A DNA stretch of 64,000 bases from NCBI GenBank assembly GCA_030390025.1, contig CM059432.1:77502001-77566000 (forward strand), read 5' to 3'. Shown here piece by piece: positions 34,048 to 46,329 of this stretch. The notes beneath the pieces are model-generated. The model was not told the origin of the DNA. It worked only from the letters and a program-made list of their open reading frames with translations, and searched no databases. How positions within the stretch are numbered: the first letter of the stretch is position 1; every line of letters starts with the position of its first letter. Both the position numbers and the translations under genes were made by a program. The stretch comes from Squalus acanthias. Its lineage: Eukaryota.

Positions 34048-35949
34048 TGTTGAGATTAGCCAATTTGTTGATATTAGCTTATCTCTGGTCTTTCAACTAA
34101 TCTGGATCGACTGCAAACCAATATGGTGGGAATATTGGCCCAGAAATTGATCTCACTCTGTTCCCGCGGGAGTAAGGAGCAGGCGCGATCTCTCACTCCG
34201 CGTTGGCTTTTTCAGATCCAGCTCGCACGAACTTGATGTTCTAGACATCAGCTGGGCAGTGCTTGCGTATCCCACCGGCGTAGTGAATTCGTGCGAGCTG
34301 TGGGATCACGTGACTCAGTTAGAGCCAATGGCAGCACACCATCTTCCATTCATAAGTTTCACATACGTGCCGTGAAAGCTATGAATCTTACACACCCCCA
34401 AAATAACAGCTAAACCTCAATTAAATTAAAAAAAAACCATCACATTAATAAAATAAGTATAGTTAAATAAATTAACCATTTTAAATAAAAAATTAAATAT
34501 TTGAAAAAATTTAAAATCTTTTAAAAAGTTATAAAAATAAACTTACCTGTCTTTAAAGTCTCTAAAAAAGATATACCTGTTAAAAAAAATTCAAAATAAT
34601 ACTTAATTCACTACTTACCTTGTTAAAAGTGGGTCTTACTCCTCCTTTTTTCATTTCTAAAATCTTCCGTCCTTACCTGCGCGTCCAAAGCACTAAGTGC
34701 ACAGCGTGCGCGCAGCCTGTAGCGCGCACGCGGTGCACCGAGGAACCGCCCCTTTTCCAAAGACCAAGTGCCGGTTTTCAGCGCATGCGCAGTGCATGCA
34801 GAAAACCGGCAATTGGAGAGAGAATACGCGAGAGTACGCAGTGCGTACTCTCGCGTAGCGGCATCAATTTTTGGCCCAATGTGTTTAATCAGAGTTTAAG
34901 ATGGAATATAACACACTAGTTATACAGCAAAAACATACGACCATGACAAGCAGCTGGTACCGGTCCCGATCGGACAGATGGCTGACATGCGCGAACAGTT
35001 CTTCGGCTTATGGCCTTTCTCCGTCTGGTCTATAACCTCCAGAAATGGTTTGAGTCCGCTCCAGGAAGAGTGTTAGACCAGCCCCACTCTTGTATGGCTC
35101 TCCCCTCCACCGTCTGTGCTGAGAACTTTTAGGGTCTTGCTTGTATTCCATTTTTAGGGGTGGGCCTGATGTACAATATGGACAGGACTATCTGACCTGT
35201 AAGGGTTCTTCCGAAACCAAGGTGCCCAATGGCACGGCGAGTTCTTTATCTCAACTCTCAGAGGAAAACCCTCCTCAAAAAGGGGTCTCATATTCTTTTT
35301 GCCAATTTATCTTTCCTGTTTATACATCCTGAACGCTCTTCCATTGGAATTTGTCTTATCTCTCTCTTGTCCCTATCCTCCCTGGTACAACCAGTACAAG
35401 GCCTGCCTTGCACCCTCTTAATCAGGGGCCCATGTTAGAGCTGTCTGTTCAGCCTGTTGTTATCCAAACTATCTCCTTTTGATCCAAAAGGCTGTTCCAT
35501 CCTGAGATGATACCTTAACTCCCATAAATTCCTTCTATTCTATATCTTTTATACTAATTAACTTTTAATTATCTTTGCAAGCAGTTTTGTGAAGCGAACT
35601 CCAATTTCTAACTTAGCATTATAATATGATTATTAGCAATAATGGAAGAAATGTAAGCGTTGAGCCTTAGTTGGTCAAATTAAAGATACACAAAACAAAT
35701 CCTAACTTACAAACAGCAGATAGCTAGTCTGGAAACAAGGTCATATATGACTGTCACACTGCAGAATGTTATAACATCTGCAGGGAACCAAAACACAAGC
35801 AGCTTCTAAGCATCTATCTAGTTATTCTAATATTAGTCTGAAGAGACTTTTCATCTCAAGTTCTAATACAGTCATGTAAACACAGTCTTATTCGTGTCAC
35901 AGTTTCATTCGCATAGCCCCTTATATTTTGGATACACTAATTTCTAACA
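34048..35949 (-). mobile_element. Probable solo LTR of a second family (contains MITE 34135-34879)
   Basis: Termini TGTTGAGATTAG...CTAATTTCTAACA; interrupts a CR1; minus-strand TATAAA near 35319-35324 and ATTAAA near 34884-34889. Confidence 0.65.
34135..34879. mobile_element. MITE related to 14244-15012
   Basis: TIR TTGGCCCAGAAATTGAT/ATCAATTTTTGGCCCAA; same AT-rich core and GCGCATGCGC motif. Confidence 0.75.
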
Positions 35950-37737
35950 GGTATCATTCTGGTAACCCTACGCTGCACTCCCTCCAAGCCCAATATATCC
36001 TTCCTAAGGTGTGGTGCCCAGAACTGCTCACAGTACTCCAGGTGTGGTCTAACCAGGGCTTTGTATAGCTGCAGCATAACTTCTACCCCTTTGTACTGCT
36101 AGTCCTCTAGATGTAAAGGCCAGCATTCCATTAGCCTTTATGATTATTTTTGGTTTCTGACATTTTTATGATCTATGTACCTGGACCCCCAAGTCTCTTT
36201 GGACATTCACTGTTTTTAGCTTTTCACCATTTAGAAAGTACCCTGCTCTATCCATTTTAGGTCCAAAGTGGATGACCTCACATTTGCCTACATTGAAATC
36301 CATTTGCCACAGTTTTGCCCATTCATTTAATCTATCAATATCTCTTTGTAATTTTATGCTTTCATCTACACTGCTTACAATGCCGTCTATCTTTGTGTCA
36401 TCGGCAAATTTGGATATGTGGCTTTCTATCCCATCATCTAAATTGTTAATAAATACTGTGAATAGTTGAGGCCCCAACACAGATCCCTGCAGGACACCAC
36501 TAGTCACATCCTGCCAATTAGAGTACCTGCACATTATCCCTACTCTCTGTCTCCAGCCGCTCAGCCAATTTCCTAACCAGGTCAATAATTTGCCTTCAAT
36601 TCCATGGGCTTCAACCTTAGTTAACAGTCTCTTATGAGGGACTTTATCAAATGCCTTCTGGAAGTCCATATAAATAACATCCATAGACATTCCCCTGTCC
36701 ACTAATTAGTCACCTCTTCAAAAAATTCAATTAGGTTCATCAGGCATGACCTACCTTTCACAAATCCATGCTGGCTCTCTCTGATCAGCTGAAAATTTTC
36801 AAGGTATTCAGTTATCCTATCCTTAATTATAGACTCTAGTAATTTCCGACAATAGATGTTAGGCTAACTGGTCTATAATTCTTTGGTTTCCCTCTCTTGC
36901 CATTCTTAAATAGCAGACTGACACACGCAATTTTCCAAACTAAAGGGACGTTTCTTGAATCGAGAGAACTTTGGAAGATTATAGTTAGGGCATCTACAAT
37001 GTGCTCACCTACTTCCTTTAAATCCCTGGGATGGAAACCATCTGGCCCTGGGGATTTGTCACTCTTTAGTGCCATTATTTTCTTCTTTACTGCTATTTTG
37101 CTTACGTTAATTTTATTGAGTCCCTGTCCCCGATTCAATATTAGTTTCCTTGGGATTCCCTTCATGCTATCCTCTTCCTCTACTGTAAATACTGATGCAA
37201 AGTAATTATTCAACATATCCGCCATTTCCTTATTATCATTGACAATATCGCCATTATCAGTTTCAGGGGCCAACATTGCTCCTGACCACCCTCTTTTTCC
37301 TAATATAATGGTAAAAATTCTGTGTGTTGATTTTGATATTCCTTGCAAGTTTCTTTTCATACTCCCTTTTTGTAGATCTTACTTTCTGTTTTGTTACCTT
37401 TTACTGTTCATTGTATATTTCCCATTCACTAGGATCTGTGCTATATTTTGTATTTTTGTATGCTTTTTCTTTTAGTTTTATGCTGTCTCTTACCTCTTTA
37501 GTCGTCCATGGCTGGTTTTTTTTGGCAAGTAGAGCTCTTGTCCCTCAGGGGTATAAACTGGTTCTGTATCACATTAAATTCTTTTTTGAACACCTCCCAC
37601 TGATCTTCTGTCATTTTACCCATTAGCAGATTTGCCCAGTTCTCTGTGAACAGTCTCTGTCTCATCACATTGAAGTTGGCCTTACCTAAATCTAGAATCT
37701 TAGTAGCTGTTTCACGTTTCTCCCTTTCAAAAACTAT

Positions 37738-40700
37738 GGCCGGAATTTTCCCGTTGCCGAGCGTGCGGTTTGGGGGTGGGTCGGCAGTAAAAATCACGGA
37801 AATTGCGAGCACATCGGGTACCCGCCTTCATCCCGCCGCCTCGCGCATTTAACTCGGGTGGCTTTGAAGGCGCGACACGGACCCGATCGGCAGATTAACT
37901 GCTTGTTGAGAGACCTTTAAAAGGGTTTTTAAACACCAGCTTTTGACTTTTACTGCAGGAGCACAAGATTCACGCAGCTCGGGTACCTCGCCTGTGAAGG
38001 GGAGGTGGAAGTGCAGTGGCCATTGGCGAGTCCATTCATTGAGAGCTGGGAAAAGCACATAAATACTGCAACATTACCACCTCATTATTTGCCTCATGGA
38101 AAGGCGCTTCCTGACGCCATTTTGTCCACAGATTTAGGTGTCAGCAGTTTGCAGGCCATTTCTGAAACCTCGGAAGCCACTCTCACCACATTGCTACTCA
38201 CTATCAGAACATTAGAAACATAGAAACATGGAAAAATAGGAGCAGGAATAGGCCGTTCGGCCCTTCGAGCCTGCTCTGCCATTCAATATGATCATGGCTG
38301 ATCCTCTATCTCAATACCATATTCCCGCTCTCTCCCCATACCTCTTGATGCCCTTTGTGTCTAGAAATCTATCTATCTCCTTCTTAAATATATTCAGTGA
38401 CTTGGCCTCCACAGCCTTCTGTGGTAGAGAATTCCACAGGTTCACCACCCTCTGAGTGAAGAAATTTCTCCTCATCTCAGTCCTAAATGTCCTACCCCGT
38501 ATCCTGAGACTGTGACCCCTCGTTCTAGACCCCCCAGCCAAGGAAAACATCATCCCTGAATCCAGTCTATCTAGCCCTGTCAGAATTTTATACGTTTCAA
38601 TGAGATCCCCTCTCATTCTTCTAAACTCGAGTGAATACAGGCCTAGTCGACCCAATCTCTCCTCATACGACAGTCCTGCCATCCCAGGAATCAGTCTGGT
38701 GAACCTTCGCTGCACTCCCTCTGTGGCAAGTATATCCTTTCTTAGGTAAGGAGACCAAAACTGCACACAGTACTCCAGGTATGGTCTCACCAAGGCCCTG
38801 TACAACTGTAGTAAGACATCCTTGCTCCTGTACTCAAATCCTCTTGCAATGAAGGCCAACATACCATTTGCCTTCCTAACTGCTTGCTGCACCTGCATGT
38901 TTGCTTTCAGTGACTGGTGTACAAGGACACCCAAGTCCCTCTGTACATCAACATTTCCCAATCTATCACCATTGAAATAATACTCTGCCTTTCTGTTTTT
39001 CCTACCGAAGTGGATAACTTCACATTTATCCATGTTATACTGCATCTGCCATGTATTTGCCCACTCACTCAGCTTGTCTAAATCACCTTGAAGCCTCTTT
39101 GCATCCTCCTCACAACTCACAATCCCACCTAGTTTCGTATCGTCAGCAAACTTGGAAATATTTCATTTGGTTCCCTCATCCAAATCATTGATATATATTG
39201 TGAATAGCTGGGGCCCAAGCTATTGAGAGATTGGCACCCCCCCCCCCCACCCCCAGCCAACAACACCATAAAGCTTCCCTACAATGACCAAGCCATTTCT
39301 CTCACCCAAACCCCCAGTGCTCAAGGTTAAGTAATGTCTCACCATTCACTCCAAGTGACAAAGCTACTTCCCAGGTAGCAGGCAAAAATGGACACGGCCA
39401 GGAAGTGGAACAAAGAGATACATTTATCTGTGTTATCAAAGTAACTGAAACTTAACACTAACATTTTTTCATACACCCATGTGCATACCCTTGTTCATCT
39501 AATTTTATGTCTTTTTACTTTTCTGGGTGCTTCTACAAGATGCAACCCCTGTGGCTTCAGCAGAGGTAGAGGCAGGCTGCTCACTTCCCTGCTGCGACTC
39601 GTTAGATACTGATGGCCCCACCAAAGTCTGCTCCTCCTGCAAATGTGCAGGGGCAGACTCAGCCATCGGGCTCTGAGGAAGCATGTGGGGCTCTGACTGA
39701 GGGGGCGACAACGGAGCAGAAGTGTGAGCGCTTTGAGAAGAGCCCCAGCTACATGTCCCCTCTCACCATCATCCCTTTTGTGGGTCACTTGCACTTCCTT
39801 GCTAGCAAGGAGCTGGAGAGCACTTTGCTGCACAGCAGTGGGGCAATGAACGCCCAAGTCTACGTTTACATCCCTCCTAGAGAGGAGGTCTATGAGTGCC
39901 TGCCATCTGTTGTCCACAGCTAGCATGTGCTCATGTGACTGGCGCATTTGCTGCTCCATACAGGTGGCCCTCCTTTCCATGGAACAGCACATCATCGCCA
40001 TCGCCTGCGAGATGGTGGTGCTCATGTTGGTGACGGACTCTTCCATTCTCTCTACAATCATGCACATCACAGCTGCAAAAGCTGCCAGAGCCTCATGCAA
40101 TTGTTGCTGCCCCTCCAAGATCACCCTCTATCTCAATGGCCGCTGAGGCTCAGCATCTGCATGCAGCTCAGCAGAGCTTGGAGCGTCCTGCGCCCTCCGG
40201 CGAGGAGTCTCCACTGCTGTCCCTGTCAACACTATCTGCTCTTGCTCACTTGTGAATTGTGAGACACCAGGTGACAACTCTACACTATGACGCACAGGAC
40301 CCACTGAGGTGTGCGTATCTGTGCTGGTGCTGGGTGCGCATGGGTCTGCTGATGCTGCACCCTCAGAGGCTGGAGGTTCCGCTGAGGAGTTGTCTTTCTC
40401 CTCTGGCTGGACAGTGGGGGGGTGGGGGGGCGGGGGTGGTCACTTGATGGACCTGTGGGAGAGTAAAGAGATGAATTAGAAGTGTTATAATAAGAATGGG
40501 TAACGTTACCATAATGCACATGTTGACATTTCACTGGCTGCTGACATCAGTCCCCATATGAGTGACTGCTGTATGCCATGTGGCTGGTTGAGATGTAATT
40601 GTGTCACCAGGTTGCTGGGATGGCCCCCTCTCTCCGTCTCCACCGGCAGCAGCTCTGCAACTCCCGATATCTCCAGAGCCCCCTCCTCTGCTGGAGTCAG

Positions 40701-41509
40701 TTTCGTGAATACTGGAGGGCCACCTCCGGTTCTCTGCCTGTTCCGCGTGTTCTGGGCTCTTTTCTCCTTCAAGGAGGGAAAGAAGAGAACTTTGAGTGCA
40801 TGTGATGGAATGAGTGTAAGGAATGGATGGGTTACATCTGTAGAGGGTGACTATGAGGGAATGGGGTGACATTGCCAAATTGCCTCCTTCTGTGGCGTTA
40901 CTTGCTATGATTGCATTAGGATGCGGGTCAGGGTTGACAGGCACATCAGGATGCAGGTGAGTGTGGCCTTGCACTCACCTTTCCGGACCTCATGAGATCA
41001 TTGAATCATTTCCTGCACTGGATCCAGGTCCTTCTCACCACATCCCTGCTGCTGACCTCTGCTATCTCCAACCAAGCCCTTTTGGTGTCTTTGGGCGGTC
41101 TCTTGCACCTATCTGCAGGGAACAGGACCTCCCTGTGTGCTCTCACTGCCTCCATCAGAATATGCAGGGATGCATCAGAAAATCGTGGTGCAGCCCTCTG
41201 CCTTTGAGTATCCATCATTTATAGTTTGGAACAGTACTCAGACCTTTCTATTTCACATTCCACACTCCTCCAGCAACCTTGAAATGAGTTGAGTGCAAGG
41301 CTGCTTTAAATATCGGTGCTGGAAACAAGTCATCAATGACGTCATCAGACCTGCTCCATTTAACTGGGCCGGGAAATGTGCATAACTGCTTTAAGTGGGG
41401 CCATTAAGTTAAAGTCACCCTGAAGAACGCGCTGAGCAGAACATCACGTTCCCGACCCGCTACTCAGCCTGCACGCACCCAACCCGACTCCATGGTAAAA
41501 ATTCTGGCC
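37738..41509 (-). mobile_element. Harbinger element retaining Myb/SANT gene remnants, transposase largely deleted
   Basis: TIR GGCCGGAATTTT/AAAATTCTGGCC at a TA site; RAAPRFSD..EVLFP..W..RRTWIQCRK exon at 41006-41218. Confidence 0.8.
38213..39220 (-). mobile_element. 5'-truncated CR1 with 3'UTR and repeat tail
   Basis: 269-aa ORF nearly the same as 17267-18076; AGAAACAT tail repeats on plus strand. Confidence 0.9.
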
Positions 41510-41615
41510 TACGTTGAACTCGATCATGTTATGATCGCTATTAGATAAATGTTCACAGGCCATTAGGCTGTTAACTAAATTTGGCTCATTACTCATTACT
41601 AAATCTATTGTGGCA

Positions 41616-41724
41616 TGTCCACTACAAACACTGCAATCAATCCTGTCCATTACAAACGCTGCAATCAATCCTGTCCATTACAAACGCTGCAATCAATCCT
41701 GTCCATTACAAACGCTGCAATCAA
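41616..41724. repeat. 28-bp tandem repeat, ~3.9 copies
   Basis: Unit TCCTGTCCATTACAAACGCTGCAATCAA, no spacers. Confidence 0.9.
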
Positions 41725-44700
41725 TTGCACATCGAGAAACCTCAAGTTTTCGCCACAGAGATCTCACTCTGTGGGCAGCTTTCTTCGACATCAGCTGCGA
41801 GCGCCTTTGCTTCGCCGCTGACCGCAAATTACGGGCCTTTAGGACCAAAAGCTTGGTCAAAGAGATAGGTTTTAAGAAACGTTATAAAAGGAGGAGAGAG
41901 AGGTAAAGAGGCGGAGAGGTTTAGAGAGGGAATTCCAGAGCCTAGGGCCCAAGCAGCTGAAAGCACGGCTGCCAATGGTGGAGTGAGGAAAATCGGGGAT
42001 ATGCAAGAGGCCAGAATTGGAGGAACGCAAAGATCTCGGAGGGCTGCAGGGCTGGAGGAGGTTACAGAGATAGGGAGGGGCGTGGCCATGGAAGGATTTG
42101 AAAATGAGGGTGAGAACTTTAAAATCGAGGTTTTTCTGGAGCGGGAGCCAATGTAGGTCAGCGAGCACAGGGGTGATGGGTGAACGGGACTTGGTGAGTT
42201 ATGATACGGGCAGCATGAGGACAAGTTTACAGAGGGTGCAAAGTGGTAGACCGGCCAGGAGTGCGTTGGAATAGTCAAGTCTAGAGGTAATAAAGGCATG
42301 GATGAGCATTTCAGCAGCGGATGAGCTGAGGCAGGGGCGGAGATGGGCAATGTTATGGAGGTAGAAGTAAGCGGTCTTGATGATGGAAAGGATATAGGGT
42401 CGGAAACTCAGCTCAGCATCAAATAGGATGCCAAGGTTGCAAATGATCTGGCTCAGCTTCAGACACTTGCCAGGGATAGGGATGGAATCGGGGGTGGGGC
42501 CCGAAGACAATGGTCATGTCCCCATGAATTGTGTTGCTTTTAAGAGAGAGCAATTTTCACAGCAGAGTATAAGCAGCACATAAGAAAATTACTATTGTAT
42601 ATAGCATAAAAATACTTCCGAAGGATCAGACACCAGACACTTCAATTCAAAATGTGTTTGTGAAAGAGAGAGAGAGTTTTCCGATAGTACACCTGTTGTA
42701 GCTTTTGTTTTGTGTTCTATAAACTTTTCAAAATGCATTAAACTAAGGGAGAGAGTGAGAAAGGCTGTGGTCATAGAGAAACAGTAAAGTGCAAGAGAAT
42801 GGAGTCAAGGAAACTGGCCAAGTGAGCAGTTAAAATGTAGCGGGGAGTATTCACTCTGTTCCCGTCCTGATCTGGCCGACTACAATCTTAAATTGCAGGC
42901 AGCAAGGACACCTGCCGGAAGCTAGGGGTCTGAATAAGGGAGAGGTGGTGTCTTCTCGCCCAGGTCAAAGCTGCTGGGAGCTGCATCGAGGGTCAGAGGA
43001 GCAGGTGTGCTCCTCTGGACCCCACACCAAGTCCTTGGGCCTCTCCTGATCCGAACTTCTTGCCCTCACCTGACCACAATTCTCCTACCGAGCTTCCCTG
43101 ATCCATTTTTCCTTTTGCCGGGGTCCATACCTGCAGGTCCCCGTCAATGGCCTCCAAGCTGCCCGAATTTAATAGACTCTTCCCGCCAACTTGCCGGGTG
43201 TTTCTGCAAGCAGCGAGCTAATGAGGCCCGTCTGTTAAAATCGGCCACACCTCCCTGCTACCACTCCCGGACGGGCCAGACACTTGTTAGGCCACATTCC
43301 TGCCTGGGAGTAAATGTCGACGCCAACATGTCTGTCTTCATTTAATGTTACTTCAATGATCAAAAAAAAATCAGTTGAATCTTGCAGCCATTAGGTATCT
43401 CCACCTGTATTTGATCGACAAATAGAACAGTCAACATGAATGTCTTACACCTGTGTTTCAGAGATTCTGGGAGTGATTTTAAACATTCACTTACAACGGG
43501 TGTGGCCACTGTGCCCACCCAATGGGGGAGGTGGGGGGGGGGGGGGGGGGGAAGAGGCATTGGCACTGCATGCCAATCTTTTGGCCAATATCAATATGAT
43601 ACGCTGCACACTTCCAGCATGTATTGAGCGTGCGATTCTTGCCCACTACATTAGAGACATAGGAAGCCATTTATCATCTAAAATATGGACGCTGTGCAGC
43701 CGAATTTCTGGGCCAATATGTTGTGGTGAGCGTTTATTGTGTATTATTCATTTCATTTCTTTACTGAGAATTCTTCTTCTAAAGCAACCCATGCCAGTGT
43801 CGGCAGATCTCCAGTACATAACTATGAAGGTGATACTCTAGCTTTGAAAGAACAAATCATCAAATTATTGCAAAGCATTAAAGATACATGTCAATATATT
43901 GCATTTTAAAAAGTTACAACTTCTATTTGCAGTCTTGTCTTCTCATTCTATGCTTATTAAATCTACAACCATTCAGTATCAAGACATTTGCAATCTGATT
44001 TTTTTAGCAAAATTGTTAATTCAAATATAAAGAAGAAATTTTGAATATTACTGCAGATAGTGAGCAGAAGAAATCTGTATACTAATTTCAGATATATGCA
44101 ATATTTCACTGGGGTGTTTTTGTTTCAGCCCTCAAACGTGCTAAGATTATTTGAGTACAAAAGTAGAGACGTTATGCTGAACCTTTATAAAGCGCTGGTT
44201 AGGCCACAACTGGAGTATTGCATCCAGTTCTGGTCACCAGACTTTAGGAAGGATGTGAAGGCACTTGAGAGGGTGCAGAGGAGATTTACCAGAGTGGTTC
44301 CAGGGATGGGGGATCTTAGCTACAAGGACAGGTTGGAGAAGCTGGATTTGTTTTCATTAGAGCAAAGGAGGTTGAGGGGTGATTTGATAGAGGTGTACAA
44401 GATTATGACACGTTTGGATAGGCTAGACGGGGAAAGGCTGTTCCCACTAGTTGATGGTACAAGGACTAGGGGACACAGATTTAAGGTTTTGGGCAAGAGA
44501 TACAGGGGGGATGTGAGGAAAAACTTTTTTACGCAGTGAGTGGTGATGACCTGGAATTTGCTGCCGACGGAAGTGGTGGAAGCGGGGACACTCAGGGCTC
44601 AATTTTGCCAGGCCCGAGGAGGCGGGTTTGGAGGCGTGTCAGGTGTTAAAATCGCAAAAAAATAGCGGGCGGATCCGATCCCGCCTCCAGCCCACCTCCG

Positions 44701-45100
44701 AGCAATTTTCCCAAAATCGGGGTTTCAGACCCTGTTTCTACGGGATAGGCCCTTAACAACCAGTTAAGTGCCTCTATAATCCCATTTTGAGAGTCCTTTC
44801 TGAATTTAACACATTTCCCCCGTGCTGCACGTCTCCTCTGGAACATACCAGTTAATCCTGGCGGCCTCACAAGTGGATGGCGTACTAACAGCTGCAGCTC
44901 CACCATTAAAAAAGAGTTTTCAGCAATCATCATTTGCAGGTGGCAGAACTTTGTTGTCTCAGGTCTGGGAGAACTTTTAGCAGGCCTACTCATTGTTGTG
45001 GAAGTTTGGAGCCTGAGACCCATCTCCAGTGTGACCTCCTGGGAAACCCCTCTCTCCACCTTGACTGAGCGCTTCCTCAACTGAGGTATATACCAGAAGC

Positions 45101-46090
45101 ATGGGAACCATTTATTTCCTTTCCTCCTGGACATCAGATTCGGACGAAGACCAGCCGCGGCAGCAGCAGCACCCGGAACAACAGCAGCACCAACAGCAGG
45201 AGCAACAACAGGAGCGCCAAGCTGCTGCTCAGCCACCTGAAGTTGCACAGGCCAGAAGGCGCCAGCGCTTGGAAGTATGTCGCCGCAGGAGATACCCCCA
45301 AAACAGGGTTTACAGACAGAGGATGAGCTACCTCAACATGACTGAGCAGCAGTGCCAAAGGAGGCTGAGACTTTCGCGAGATGTAGTCTCTGACATCTGC
45401 GCAATGCTGCAGCAAGATCTGGAGCCCAGAGGAGCGGGTGGACACCCCTTACCAGTGGCCATCAAAGTCACCACCGCACTCAACTTTTTTGCTTCAGGCT
45501 CATTCCAGGGATCAACAGCAGACATCAGCGGCGTCTTCCAGGCGGCCGCACACACTTGTATCATGCAGGCGCACAATTACATCAACTTCTCCAAGGATCA
45601 AGCAAGTGTAAGCGCGCGTGCGGTTGGATTTGCTAATCTGGCAGGCTTTCCAAATCTGGCAGGCTTTCCAAGGGTGCAGGGCGTCGTTGACTGCACACAT
45701 GTGGCCCTTAAGGCACCCCATCACAATCCAGGTATTTTTGTCAACTGCAAGGGCTTCCACTCCCTCAACCTGCAGCTGGTGTGTGACCACAAGAAGGAAA
45801 TTTTGCATGTTTGCGCCAAGTACCCTGGCAGTTGCCATAACTCCTTCATCCTGCGCCAGTCTAGTGTGCCGTCGGTCTTCAGTCCGCCAGACCAACTTTT
45901 CGGATAGCTACTTGGAGACAAGGGCTATCCCCTGAAGACGTGGCTAATGACGCCGTTGAGGAGCCCATCCAATGAAGCTGAGGAGCACTACAACTCCAGC
46001 CACATTTCCACCAGATCCATAATAGAGCAAACCATCGGCTTGCTGAAGATGCGATTCAGATGCCTTGATAGATCAGGTGCAGTACTCAGC
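45101..46090 (+). pseudogene. Harbinger transposase, premature TAG at 45905-45907
   Basis: [61 protein letters not shown]. Confidence 0.88.
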
Positions 46091-46329
46091 AGCTTCTTAC
46101 CAGAGCATCGACAATGGCCAAGAACCTGCGGATTCCTATCACTCTGACCACCATACTGACAATTGCAAGTCACCCTAAGTCCTCAATGTGGAAGTCCCAT
46201 TTGCAAAATGACACAGCCCACAACTTCAACAGTTTGCCATCAAGTTTTTTTATCACATAAAGTCACAGATGGCTTTTCAAAAATAAACACAACAGAACAC
46301 CCAAGTGACTACCCTTGTGACTACTTGTG

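Larger units (their letters stand above)
33608..41615 (-). mobile_element. CR1 LINE in three pieces (33608-34047, 35950-37736, 41510-41615)
   Basis: Collinear ORF2 peptides: SDHNMIEF, DFQKAFDKVPH, KFADDTK, YSLEFRRLRGDLIE. Confidence 0.85.
32116..41837. mobile_element. Harbinger-type MITE (pieces 32116-32365, 33258-33600, 41616-41837) hosting nested elements
   Basis: Imperfect TIR GGCCCAGATTTTGCGGT / ACCGCAAATTACGGGCC at the two L2 breakpoints. Confidence 0.6.
31998..42515 (-). mobile_element. L2-like LINE split into 31998-32115 and 41838-42515 by a 9.7-kb nest of insertions
   Basis: ...CCACATAAGGAGATATT resumes as TAGGACCAAAAGCTTGGTCAAAGAG; peptides LIHAFITSRLDYSNALLAGLP, LADLHWLP. Confidence 0.72.

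Noticed and set aside
41616..41724. 28-bp repeats resembling a CRISPR array
   Set aside because: Units are contiguous with no spacers, eukaryotic context, no cas genes.
45101..45907. Domesticated HARBI1 gene
   Set aside because: Premature stop before the remaining catalytic motifs; flanked by TIRs and a Myb partner, so a decayed transposon.
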